A DNA stretch of 64,000 nucleotides from Heptranchias perlo (taxonomy: Eukaryota), in NCBI RefSeq assembly GCF_035084215.1, contig NC_090332.1, positions 85,870,001-85,934,000 of the forward strand. The letters run 5' to 3'. Position numbers and translations under genes: made by a program. The stretch's first letter is position 1. Each line of letters starts with the position of its first letter. The notes beneath the pieces are model-generated. The model was not told the DNA's origin. It searched no databases and was given only the letters and a program-made list of their open reading frames with translations. This document shows positions 48,510 to 61,379 of this stretch, in pieces.

Positions 48510-51170
48510 TGCATGACATGCGGAACAAAGATAAGAAGAATCTATCTTGACGTCCCCAGACTCCTCCGTCACCACCCCCCGGGTATGTGTTGTCCCTCTG
48601 GCCGGATAGACTCATCAGCATTGGGAGAAAAATAGTACACAGTCAGGTGGATGTGGCCCTGGAAGTCCTGAATACTGACTTTAGGCCCCATGAAGTCTCA
48701 TGGCTTTGGTTGAAACAAAGCCAAGGAAATCTCCTGCTGATCAACACCGATTGCCCTCCCTCCACCTCGACTGCCAAATCAGTACTCCTCCATGCTGAAA
48801 ATCACTTGGAGGAAGCTCTAAAGGAAACAAGAACATAGAATGTACTCTGGGTGGGGGACTTCAATGTTCACCACCAAGAGTGGCTTGGTAGAACTATCAC
48901 TGACTGGGCTGGCCAAGATCCAAAGGTCATACTGGGCCTGCGTCAGGTGTTGAGGGAACTTGACCTCATCCTCACTAACCTACTTGTCGTAGGCACAATA
49001 ATGTTGGTAGAAATGACCGCCACGCAGTCCTTGTGAAGATGACGTCACATCGTCATCATGGAGGACATTCTTCATTTTGTAATGTGGCACTACCGCTGTG
49101 CTAAGTGGGTAGACTAAGGCAGGATCTAGAAACCCAAAACTGGGCATCTAGGAGGTGTGGGCCATTAGCAGCAGCAAATGTGTTTGCGACTACAATCTGT
49201 AACCCTCATGACCCAGCACATCACTCACTCCTTGATCACCGTCAAGCCAGGAGGCCAATCTTATTTCAAAGCAGAGTGTAGCAGGACATGTCAGGAGCAG
49301 CACAAGGCACCAGAATGAGGTACGAACCTAGTGAGATACAACATAGGGCTACCTGCATGCTAAATACCAAAAGTAGCAGGCTGTAGACAGAGCCAGTAAT
49401 CCCTCAAGCAAAGCTCTGTAACGCTATCACATCCAGTCAAGAATGGTGATGGACAATCAGACAACTAATAGAGGAAGAGGCTCCAAGAGCATCTCCATCC
49501 TCAATGGTGGTGCATCCCAGCATGAGACTCCCAAGAGACAAGGCTGAAGTGTTTGCAAGTGTCTTACCAAAAATGCTGCGTAGATGATCCGACCCAGCTT
49601 CCCCCTGGGGTCCGCACCATCAGATGATTGTGTCCGGCCAATTTGTTTCACTCCACGTGACTTTAAGAAGTGGTAGAGTGCACTGGACACAGCAAAGGCC
49701 ATGGGCCCTGATAACATCTCAGCTGTAGTGCTGAACACCTGTCCGCCAGAGTTATCTGCTTCCCTAACCAAGCTGTCCCAATATAGCTATGACACTGGCG
49801 TCTACTAGACAATGTAGAAGTATATCATATGCTCAAAACACAGGATAAATTCAACCCAGATAATTACTGCCCTATCAGCCTCCTCCCAATCATCAGTAAA
49901 ATGGTGGAAAGAATTATCAATGGTCCCAACAAGCCACATCAAATCATCAATACCCTGCTCACCAATGCTCAGTTTGGGTTCCACCAGAATCACTCGGCTC
50001 CAGCCTTGATCCAAGCATTGTAAGTAAAAGCTGTATGCCAGAGGAGAGGTGAGAGTATCTGTCCTTGATATGAAGGCAGATTTCGACCAAGCATGGCACC
50101 AAGGAGCTCAACAAAACTGAGTTCAACGGGGATCAAATGGAAAACCTTTCAGTGACTGGAGTCATAGTTGACATAAAGGAAGATGGTTGTGGTTGTCGGA
50201 GGCCAGTCATTATAGCCCTGGGACATCGCTGCAAGAGTTCCTCAGGGAGGTGTCCTTCACTCAACTATCTTCAGCTGCTTCATGAATGACTTTCCCTCAT
50301 CAGAAGTGGGGCTGTTCAACAATGATTCCACAGTGTTCAGCTCTAATACTGCAATAATGGAGCAGCCCATGCTAGCCTACAGCAAGACCTGGATAACATC
50401 TAGCCTTGGGCTGACAAGTCAAAGGTAAAATTTGCACCACATAAGGGTCGGGAACTGATCATTTCGAGCAACAGAAAGCCCAGCCATCTCGCCTTGACCA
50501 TCAACAACACCACCATTATCATCTTGGGGGTCCCCCACCGTCAACATCCTGGGAATCCCCACTGACTGGAAGCTTAACTGGACTAACCCTATCCACACCG
50601 TGGCTACATGAGCAGGGCAGAGGCTGGGTACTCTATGATGTGGGTCAATTCCTGACCCTTCAAAGCCTCTCCACATCTACAAATCTCAAGTCAAGAGTAT
50701 GATGGAATACTCACCACTCATCTGAATCCAGGCCAGAGTAGTTTGCTTGATTGGTGCCCTCACCACTCGATTCAATCAATATTCACCCTCTCCTCCACCG
50801 ATGCACTGTGACTGCAGTAGATACGATCTACAAGATGCATTGTAGCGACTCACTAAGGTCACTTCAACAACATCTATCCTCGCCTGTGATCTCTACCACC
50901 AAGAAGGACAAGGGCAGCAATATCATGGGAACACCATCACCTCCAAGTTCTCCTCCAAGTCGCACACCATCCTGACTTGAATAGATATTGCCATTCCTTT
51001 GTCGTTGCTGCGTTAATATCCTGGGATTCCCCACCCAACACCATTGTAGGAGCACAATCACCACATGGAATGCAGTAGCATAAAGATAAAGCCCACCACT
51101 GCCACCTTCTCAAGCCAACGAGGGATGGGCTCCAAATGCCTTGCTAGCCTCGCCCACATCCTGATAACTT
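48510..51170 (+). mobile_element. Decayed ~2.6 kb LINE ORF2 (APE endonuclease + RT), third family
   Basis: GDFNVHHQEWLG (APE), NYCPISLLPIISKMVERII and AQFGF (RT), gttcctcaggga (VPQG); many stops and frameshifts; 3' end matches 43835-44330. Confidence 0.85.
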
Positions 51171-53169
51171 TTTAAAAAATTCCTAAGGGAGAACAGCCAG
51201 AATGGCTGCACGTCATTTTTTACAAATGGTGCGATGAAACTTTTATAACACAGGGAAAGGTTTTTATACAAACAGTGCCATCACTTCATGATGTTTGACA
51301 AACACGGGGAAAAGGTTTGCTGAATCTTTTTCATTTAACGTAGTGGCCCTTTAAATCCAGCATTTAATGCCCCATCCCCCCCCCCCCACCAAGGTTTTTG
51401 CCATTGGCTGATTTTTTTAAAACGAGTTTTATTGATGACGCAATCAAATCCTACGTTACCTGCCTTAACATGGAGATCAGTGCAGTTTAACATTTGAGTG
51501 GCGAGGCAGACACGTCTCCAGACCTCCTGTTTTGCCTGTAACACTGGACTGAGCCTTCAGTCAAAGATCTTCTTCAACATAAGGCTTATAAGAAGCCAAT
51601 TTGTTGGAAAGTATATGTCTGTCTTTGTAAAGCATTTCCGTTCTGCTTTAATTCCCCGTGTATAGAGAAGCTTTATCCTTGGTACAACTATCACTTGTTA
51701 ACCTCCGACACAGGGTCAAACCTAGCTCTCCTTTGCTGCATGATAGCCATTCAGGGTCATTTCCAGAGAACAGTGCCCAGCACTGGACAAAGGTTTGGTA
51801 AGCTGATGGGGTTAGACGATGAAGGGGTGGAAGGAGATTTGTGTGGAGCATAAACACCGGCATCGACCAGTTGGGCCGAATGGCCTGTTTCTGTGCTGTA
51901 CATTCTATGTAAATTTCATTCAACTCAACGACAGCAACAGCTTGTTTTTTTGTTCAACTCTAAACTGTGTATTGTACAAACGGGGACAGGAACTGTGTTT
52001 GCCCACCGCCGCATAAACTGTAGAGAATTTACTGATTTGTTTGTACTGAATTTTTAATAGCTTTATGTGATTCATCACATAAAGATCACCTGCTACCTGG
52101 GAGCGGCTACAGGGCACTAATCTAATCATAAACCATGACTGCATCATTTGAATCCAGAGATTACATCAGGACCTTGATGTCACTTCTATATTATTTATCA
52201 TTTTTATATTTATAAAAAAATTAATTTTACATTGGGAGGGCGGTAATTCTGTTTTTATATTGAGGGCAGCTGTCTCTCTTGGCTCCAACAGGCAAAAGCA
52301 TAGAAACTTCAGTACACAAAGAGGCCATTTGGCCCATCAGGACAGTGCCATTGCTAGCTTTACATGAGAGCTATCTACTATAATCCTATTTCCCTGCTTT
52401 TTCCCAATGCCTTGAATATTTTTCTTCCACGTGTTTATCTAATTCCCTCATAAATGTTACGATTGACTTGACATCAACAGCTACTTGTGTTAATGCATTC
52501 CACATTCTAATAATCCTTTGTGAGAGAAAAAAATTCAACTAAGTCCCTGAGTTCTGATGATGGAAACACAGTGACAATAATACTTGTAACACCATCATTA
52601 CAAGGAAAAATCTGCAGTAAGTTACTGGGATATCCTTTGTCAATTATGTATTTGATTTGTTCACTGTAATGGTACATGCAACACCATTAAAAAAAAAAGC
52701 CCCATTCAGATGTGGAATTTTCGCTGCTTGTAGAAATTTCAATCAAAAGTAATTTTGCTTGTCAATTGTCAATCTGGTGGGATGTTGTCAGAATAGTCCA
52801 ACAAAATGCATAGTATAATAAACTGATTTCTTTTCTCAGTGAAATATTTCCCTCATTTTCATTCCCTTCCCCCCTCCCCTAAATTCTCTCTCATGTTGTT
52901 CCCATTCAAGTTGCTTGACAGCATGCAAACTTCTCTAGCTGTGAAGACAAGATAAGTCATTTATATTCCAACTCCCAGGTAGAGAATACATTGATTTGTT
53001 ATGGTGCTCACTCTAGCAGTTGGGAGGTGAAGATGTCTTTATCATAGAGAAAGTTTAATATGAAGAATGTTCTTTTGTAGCTTGGAAAACATGATTATTG
53101 TAACGATTGTGGTGGACTTTCATTTATTTACATCTCGAATCATATCTATTCCTCTCCTTCATCCTGTAC

Positions 53170-53382
53170 CCTCCACCACACTACCTCAGCCAACGCCGAA
53201 AAAACATTATCTGGTTGTTTATTTCATTGCCGTTTGTGGGACCTTGCTGTGCGCAAATTTGCTGCCACATTTTCCCATATTACAATAGTGACTACACTTC
53301 AAAAGTACTTCAGTGGCTGTAAAGCGCTTTGGGACGTCCTGAGGTCGTGAAAGGCGCTATATAAATGCAAGTTCTTTCTTTT
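53170..53382 (+). mobile_element. Deu-SINE 3' half
   Basis: cattgccgtttgtgggaccttgctgtgcgcaaatt...ggcgctatataaatgcaagttctttc. Confidence 0.75.
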
Positions 53383-54004
53383 TAACACTTGTCCCACATT
53401 ACACATCACTCCCTGACCATGTTCGCGGGCCAGTCATCTGCTGCTAATACTCTTACGATGCCAGTCTGTTACTAGGGTGTAGGAGGTGGTTAACACATTG
53501 ATCTAAACTCCAATATTTCCTACTGGTCAGTGCGAAAGTGCCTTACATTGGTGCCTCCCTAAGTAGCTTAGTCAAGGCTATGAACTCAAAACGTGTTCTG
53601 TTTTCTACTCTTCTTGGTCAACAGGAGCCATGTAGGTGAATGTTAAACTTGCAGAGAGTTGGGAGATAAGCCTGTTTTTCATTTTTCTACATCACGCCCT
53701 GTTTGTTCCGCCCAAAAAAGAGAAATGCAATTCATAACAATGTTATTTTGGAAGAATCTACCGTTGCTTGTGATGTGACATTTTTTTTTTGCTGGGGGGG
53801 AAGTTAAAGCAACCAGGTAGGAATTAATTCCACCAGCTGAGCCAGAGTCAACTAAAGGATGGAGCAGCTAAGCCCTTTGGTGGACTCAGTACAACATAGA
53901 ATTTGATCCATTTGTTCTATCACCAGCGGAGGGTCAGTGTCAGCCAGAGAGGGCTGCCTTTGTAATCATGCTGCACTAGAGAATAAGTACATTCTATCAA
54001 CTAA

Positions 54005-54459
54005 AAGAAAGAACTTGCATTTATATAGCACCTTTCACCACCTCAGGACATCCCAAAGTGCTTTACAGTCAATTTTGAAGTGTAGTCACTGTTGTAATGT
54101 AGGAAACGTGGCAGCCAATTTGCGCACAGCAAGGTCCCACAAACAGCAATGTGATAATGACCAGATAATCTGTTTTTAAGTGTTGGTTGAGGGATCAATA
54201 TTGGCCAGGACACTAGGGAGAACTCCCCTGCTCTGCTCTTCTTTAAAATGATGTCAAGAGATCTTTTACATCCACCTGAGAGGGTTTAACCATGGTTAAA
54301 CATCTCATCCCAAAGATGGCACCTCTGACAGTGCTGCACTCCCTCAGTATTGCACTGAAGTGTTGCCTAGATTTTGTGCTCAAGCCTCTGGAGTGGGATT
54401 ATGAACCCACAACCTTCTAACTCAAAGGCAAAAGAGCTACCCACTGATCCATGGCTGAC
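54005..54459 (-). mobile_element. Deu-domain tRNA SINE, full length
   Basis: Reverse complement of the 3530-3988 family from tail to gtcagccatgg head. Confidence 0.8.
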
Positions 54460-54859
54460 ACTTTCCAGCAGTCAACTGCATTAACTTTTTTAAGGTAAAC
54501 ACTGAAAGAAATACTAATTTTCACACTAAAGGATTTTATTTGTTAGATTTCTTCTCCTCCCTTTCTCTTACCCCTCCTGAACTCATGAAGAATGGTTGTT
54601 AGGGAAGAAGATTGGTTTATCTTTCTGCTACAGACATCGTGAGGGTAACCCAAATAGAACTCTTCCAACTTATCTAAACAATCAGTATCAATAGAAGTGT
54701 GACACAGGTGTATAATTTCCTGTTTTTAAAATACTTCAAAGAAAGTAGATTGTTAAAACCACTTGTAAATCCTCATTACACTCACTACACGTTTGATTTG
54801 GTTCTGCTCAAGAAACAGTGGTCAGGGTGTTAACAGTCACTTTCAAGATCCTTCCCCAA

Positions 54860-55215
54860 TGGTTCAGTGAGTTTATGCAGTGAGAAGCTGAACTATCTAA
54901 ACAACAAAAGTTGCTGAGGTTCAATCCTTAGATTGTGTTGTGTTAGATGATCCCAGCTATTGCAGCAGTAGAACTGCTGTAATTGGCCTCAGTGTCCCTG
55001 AGACAGGGAGGGCTAATTATCCAGGAATTCCCAATCCTATCTATCTACTGACTCCTGCTGGAGGTGAGGATAGGATCTAACGTGACCGTATTGCTCCCCC
55101 TAGTCGAGACAACCTGCTCAGACTCTCAGTCAAGTCTCACACATGAAGACTGGTCATTTGGTTCAGGACTGAACGAGTTACCAACAAGGAATCAATGCGT
55201 TCACGAGGGGAGGAA
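54860..55215 (+). mobile_element. LF-SINE-like relic
   Basis: aggttcaatcc box B, aattggcctcagtgtccctg, tgactcctgctgga, ctcacacatgaagactggtcatttgg. Confidence 0.6.
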
Positions 55216-57669
55216 AGAAAATCGGGAACTGGATAGTGGTGTGGCTAGCGGTCGCATCTGATCTACAATTGAAATTTCACCCTGTGCATATTCCTGCTGG
55301 AATTGTACACCAGCTCAAATTACTCCCACTTCTTTTGAACAGAAGCCTGATTAAGTAAGTACCAAAATGTTAATGAAAGTTATAGCTGAGTTGGCCCAGT
55401 CCTCTTTTTGATGTTTGGGCAGAAGTCCTGCCCATTGGTACTTTGCCCATCATAATCATATGTTAGAAGGAAGCGGCTTGAAGTTCCAATTTGAACGGAT
55501 GGAAAGAAAACATATTGAAAGTCTTCTTCAGATTTTTTTTTTATTTTTAGGAAATGTTTCCATTACATTTTTTTTTACATTTTCAGCTAATATTTCTGGA
55601 ACTTACCCTGTGTTTTCCAGGTCAGTCCATGCAGGGAAGGCATAGGTAATAAGCAACTGAGTTATTGTTAAGAAGACCACAGAGAAACTAAGTGTGGAAG
55701 AGTGCTGCAGAATGGAGATTGCTGCCTGAGCAAGTTTGTCAACGTGAATTACTTGTGCAAGTGCAAATTATATTGTAAGGTTCGGCGTAGATTATGGAGG
55801 AGCCCAATACCTGGATTTGCACAATCGTGGGTGAACTCCTGTAGCATCTGCAGCAGAGGCCTCAGTGGCACAGGTCGTGGGCATGCACATGCTCACACTG
55901 ATGTTGTAGAGGCCGTCAACAGCAATCCTAAAGATGCCATCTTGGCTGGCTGAGGGATTGGATGGAGGAAACTTTGAGGCAGGTTTACACGGGTCGCATA
56001 GCTTCCCAACGTTCTGATCTCAGACAGCTCAGTGGAGAAGCTGAGTAAATGCCCAGCAGTGGCAGATGTCTGGAGTCAGAATGGATCAGGAGGCTGTGTC
56101 AAGGCGATGTGACGTCCAGCCCATCAAGCATCCCTGCGCAAGTGATGCAAGATGTGCTAGAAAGTGAACAGGACCAAGCAGCCACAACAGCACTGACTCT
56201 GATGTAGGTTATTCATAACACACATCACAGAGAGAGTTAGGTTTCACCAGAATCCCAGCATGTGGTCACTGAAACCCTGCAGCTAGCTATCACACGTCCC
56301 CTTCCACAATGGAATAACTGAGATGGAGTGTTAGGTGTCACGCATCAAAAACAAATTTCAAGCACTGTAGCAAACCACACTAACATTCAGGCATCACACA
56401 ATGGATTAAACAAACACACTGCACCTGGTGTTAACAATTTTCCCATCCCAGGGCTGAGTGAGCCCAGTTTGAACAGGAGTTTGTGGTCAGTAGGATGGGA
56501 AATAGTGCACAACAGCAGTTCTTAACCAATACAGCTGCTTTTTAAAGGGGCAGAAAATTGGAAATCACATCTCAAGGTTGGGGGTCAATTGAAAATATCA
56601 AAACTGAGATTGATAAGATTTTCGTTTGGCAAGGGTATTAAGGGTTACGGAACCAAGGCGGGAAGATGGAGTTAAGATACAGATCAGCCATGATCTAATG
56701 GAATGGCGGAACAGGCTTGAGGGGCTGAATGGTCTACTCCTGTTCCTATGTTCCTAAGTCCTCATTGAGCTTTTTGGGCCTGCCTAATCTTATATCTGAG
56801 CACCACTGTTTCATACAGCCATTTTGAGAGCGTGCAAAGCCACCCTGCAAAGTCCAGGCATGACTGTGGAGGAGTCCCCTAACTGTACCTGTGCATTATG
56901 CAAACTGCAGAGCACTGCGAAGAGAGTCTCTACTCCAGAACCATCTCCACTGGAGTCCCCAGTGACAGAGGTCCTAAGCATGGATGCAGTTTTACCAATG
57001 CCTGCCTTCACCTGGGTGATAGACACCTTGGGCTCCAAGATACAGCGGTATCTTTGGTCCAGTTTCAACATACTAGGGATCAGATTGAGGGAGCCATAAC
57101 GACAGGATTCAAACTCCTTGTGGCTGCTCAGCGATCTGCTCCTGCACAGAGCACAGGACATTCTGAAGGAGTCTAGCGGCAGCAATTGCCACAGCTGATG
57201 GAGCTGCATCTCAGTGCAATGCCATATCAGCCCCATGCCCCATGAAATCACCTGCACTGCGGAAGATAGCATGCAGGACGGGGCAGCTACCGCAGCAGTA
57301 GATTTGGTGCCAGCAATTGCAGGGCCGTCTCGTGGCCCAGCACAAAGTCACCCAGCAGCCATCCACCACATTTTCTCTTCCCACTCGGAATCATTTAGAT
57401 GGAGCGCTAGGTTAGGCAGAGAAGACACACACCAAAAACTTTCATATATGGGATGCATCAGGGTAAGACACATTAAGCACACATGCACCTCAAAGTATTA
57501 GGGAGAATAGAGTGGATGGATTTTATTTCAACCATGTCCTGAGAATACACTTGGGTTGAGGCACAATATGATAGCAGAGGAATGGAGTTGTATCCATAGT
57601 AGCTAATGCAGGGCAGAACAAAATGGTGTGGATAACGTATTGGTCCACTTTACTGGGGACATGTGCTTT

Positions 57670-58760
57670 AGGAACATAGGAACAGGAGTAGGCCATTCAG
57701 CCCCTCGAGCCTGCTCCGCCATTTGATAAGATCATGGCTGATCTGTGATCTAACTCCATATACCTGTCTTTGGCCCATATCCCTTAATACCTTTGGTTGG
57801 ATAGAAAGAAACTATTTCTGCTGGTTGGGGATTCTAGGAGTAGGGGGCACAGTCTAAAAATTAGAGCCAGACCTTTCAGGAGTGAGATGAGAAAACAAAA
57901 AGCTATCTATCTCAGATTTAAAATTAGCAATTGAGCTAGCATCAATTGCCGTTTGCGGAAGAGAGTTCCAAACTCCTACCACCCTTTGTGTGTTGAAGTG
58001 TTTTCTAATCTCACTCCTGAAAGGTCTGGCTCTAATTTTAAGACTGTGCCCCCTACTCCTAGAATCCCCAACCAGCGGAAATAGTTTCTTTCTATCCACC
58101 CTATCTGTTCCCCTTAATATCTTATAAACTTCGATTAGCTCACCCCTTAACCTTCGAAACTCTAGAGAATACAACCCCAATTTGTGTAATCTCTCCTCGT
58201 AACTTAACCCTTGAAGTCCAGGTATCATTCTAGTAAACCTACGCTGCACTCCCTCCAAAGCCAATATGTCCTTCCGAAGGTGCGGTGTCCAGAACTGCTC
58301 ACAGTACTCCAGGTGCGGTCTAACCAGGGTTTTGTATGGCTGCAGCATAACCTCTGCCCCTTTGTACTCCAGTCCTCTAGATATAAAGGCCAACATTCCA
58401 TTAGCCTTTTCTGCACCTGTTCATGACACTTCAATGATCTATGTACCTGAACCCCTAAGTCCCTTTGGACATCCACTGTTTTTAACTTTTTACCATTTAG
58501 AAAGTACCCTGTTCTATCCTTTTTTGGTCCAAAGTGGATGATCTCACATTTGCCTACATTGAATTCCATTTGCCACAATTTTGCCCATTCACCTAATCTA
58601 TCAATATCCCTTTGCAATTTTATGTTTTCATCTACACTGCTTACAATGCCACCAATCTTTGTGTCATCGGCAAACTTAGATATGAGACTTTCTATGCCTT
58701 CATCTAAGTCGTTAATAAATATTGTGAATAATTGAGGCCCCAAGACAGATCCCTGCGGCA
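57670..58760 (-). mobile_element. CR1 LINE RT-containing 3' fragment
   Basis: PQGSVLGPQLFTIFINDLDEGIESLISKFADDTKIG (RT catalytic FADD) and LVRPHLEYC...RRLRGELIEVYKI; frameshifted. Confidence 0.92.
57799..58097. repeat. Local inverted repeat within CR1 (99-bp arms)
   Basis: 57799-57897 is the near reverse complement of 57999-58097. Confidence 0.9.
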
Positions 58761-58789
58761 CAAGTGCTTAAGTGAAGCTCTCGTTCATC

Positions 58790-59620
58790 AGAGCTTACCT
58801 TAAAACTCTTCATGTCTTCAGACTCGGCTTCAATGTCAATCGTTGCCGCTGGGTATAACCTTTGACCTGCTCCATGGTAATGCCTCTCAAAGTTGTGCAA
58901 TAGGCAACAGACTACAATGATCAGAGACCTTCGTCTTAACATTTTGATGGTGGCCAGTTGTGCCTCGTTATATCGTTCTTCAGCTCTTATTTGTGGCTGT
59001 CTCAAAGAGGGTCATGAGCCAGGAATGAGGAGGATATCTGAGGAGCCATCCATTCAATCATTCTTCCCCTTGGTGTCTTCGTAGATTGCTGTTAAATAGG
59101 AAGAGTTATGACTGTTGCCAGTCTCGTGGCCGTTCACTTGCACAGTTTTGAACCTATGGTCACAGCCCAGCTGCTCATTAATGGATTGAAACTCTGTTCT
59201 GATCATGAAGGTGATGGGATTGGAGTAGAGGACCAAATGGCCACATTGCGTACCATCAATAATTCCCCCGCACTTCAGGGAAATTTGCAACACAGTAAAT
59301 GTGCAGTACTATCTCATGCTGCTTTCGAGGGGGAAATTGATGCTTTAGTGGTCACATTAACAGCCATTAGCAGAGCCATCCCTGCTATGGAACTCGTTTG
59401 AAGATCTAACTTGAGTGGACAGAACATTTCCATGACTGCCTCCTTAGTGTAGTGTAGGTGGTAAGGGCAGATGTACTCAGCATTTCTGGTTAGGTGTGCC
59501 TTGATCCGTAGACACGGGTGGCCAGGTAAGGCAGGTGGCAGCAGGTGTAAACACACCTCTCTACGATGCCTGCTCCTCTTCCTGCTCCAAAACCACTTCT
59601 TCCTCCTCCAGTCCAAACCA
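58790..59620 (-). mobile_element. PIF/Harbinger transposase relic (HARBI1/DDE_Tnp_4-like)
   Basis: Successive frames: KEAVMEM...DLQTSS...ALLMAVNVT; GIIDGTQ...FQSINEQLGCDH...GNSHNSSYL; EERYNEAQ...IIVVCCLLHN. Confidence 0.8.
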
Positions 59621-59739
59621 GGAAATAGAGAGGATTACCCAACTTGAGAACTGAGGTTGTGGTGACTTAGAGCTGCCTACTAGCCATAGCTGGAAAACCA
59701 CAAACCCTAGGGCAAGGGGGCACAGGGCAGGTATAGCAA

Positions 59740-60390
59740 GCAATTAGGAAGGCAAATGGTATATTAGCCTTTATTACAAGCAAGTTGTAGTACAAGAGCA
59801 GGGAGGTCTTGCTGCAACTGTACAGGGCTTTGGTGAGACCACACCTGGAGTATTGTGCATAGTTTTAGTCTGCTTATCTAAGGAAGGATATACTTGCCTT
59901 AGAGGCGGTCCAATGAAGGTTCACTAGATTGATTCCTGGGATGAGAGGGTTGTCCAGTGAGGAGAAATTGAGTAGAATGGGCCTATGTTCTCTAGAATTT
60001 AGAAGAATGAGAAGTGATCTCATTGAAACATATAAGATTTTGAGAGGACTTGATAGGGTAGATGCTGAGAGGGTGTTTCCTCTGGCTGGACAGTCTAGAA
60101 CTCGGGGGCATAGTCTCAGGATAAGGGGTCGGCCATTTAAGATTGAGGTGAGGAGGAATCTCTTCACTCAGAGGGTTGTAAATGCTCTAATTCTCTAATC
60201 CAGAGGGCTGTGGGTGCTCAGTCGTTGAGTATATTCAAGGCTGAGATAGATAGATTTTTAGACACTAAGGGAATCGATGGATATGGGGATCGGGCGTGGA
60301 AGTGGAGTTGAGGTCAAAGATCAGCCGTGATCTTATTGAATGACAGAGCAGGCTCGAGGGGCCTACTCCTGCTGCTATTTCTTATGTTCT
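59740..60390 (+). mobile_element. CR1 LINE 3' fragment
   Basis: IPGMRGLSSEEKLSRMGLCSLEFRRMRSDLIETYKILRGLD. Confidence 0.85.
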
Positions 60391-61044
60391 TATGAATAAA
60401 CCAAGTTCAGGACCGATATCAGGAAGTGCTTCTTCATAGGATGAGTGACTAGTACCTGGAATAGACTTCTGGGTAGAACAGTGGAGGCAAAAACTCTGGA
60501 ATCATTCAAGAGGTAGTAGAACACTGTGATGGAGGACCGTAGGTTTCTATGGAAGGCTGAGGTTGATGAGTCAAATGCCCTCCCTCCGCTGTACTTGCTA
60601 CAGTGTGATATTACACATGAGATTTTGAAGGAGTTAAAATAATATAACACCAATCACGTGGAGGTACGGACACAATTTACAAAGGGACAGAGACTAACTC
60701 CCGACTTCATTTTTCCCCGGCTTTGCTGCAGTTCATGCTTTAAAAATGGTATTTATTTTAATAATTTGTCTCAGTATCACTGTAAATTCCTATTGCCCTG
60801 CCACGTTGGCACTGTAAATAGAAATGCATTTTTAAATTGGCAGTTTAGGAACGGCCTGAAGCAGGAAGGGTGTTTCTGTCACCAGTGGTTGCGGTATAGG
60901 CAGCAGCCAGCACTGATAACATTTATTTATAATCCGACTTAAGAAAGAAAATAATACGTCCATTTATATAGTCTTGCCACATCATTGAAACATCTCAAAG
61001 TCCTTCACACAATGAATTCCTTTTTGGAAGGCACTGACTACTAG

Positions 61045-61262
61045 AATCATAGAATCTTACAGCACAAAGGGAGGCCATTCGGCCCATCGTGCCCGTGCCG
61101 GCTCTTTGAAAGAGCTATCCAATTAGTCCCACTCCCCTGCTCTTTCCTCATAGCCCTGCAAAGATTTCCCCTTCAAGTATTTATCCAATTCCCTTTTGAA
61201 AGTTACCACTGAATCTGCTTCCACCACCTTTTCAGGGAGTGCATTCCAGATCATAACTGCTC
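61045..61262 (-). mobile_element. CR1 LINE 3' end
   Basis: gaatcatagaatcttacagcacaaagggaggccattcggcccatcgtg. Confidence 0.8.
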
Positions 61263-61379
61263 AATAGGGACAGGAGGCAGCCATTGCCTGCTACCAAACA
61301 TCCTGCAGGGGTCTGTGCGATTGTGTGGCAGGACGGTGCCTGTGGGAGTGGCCATTGTGGCTGAGTGGGACTCAGCGGG

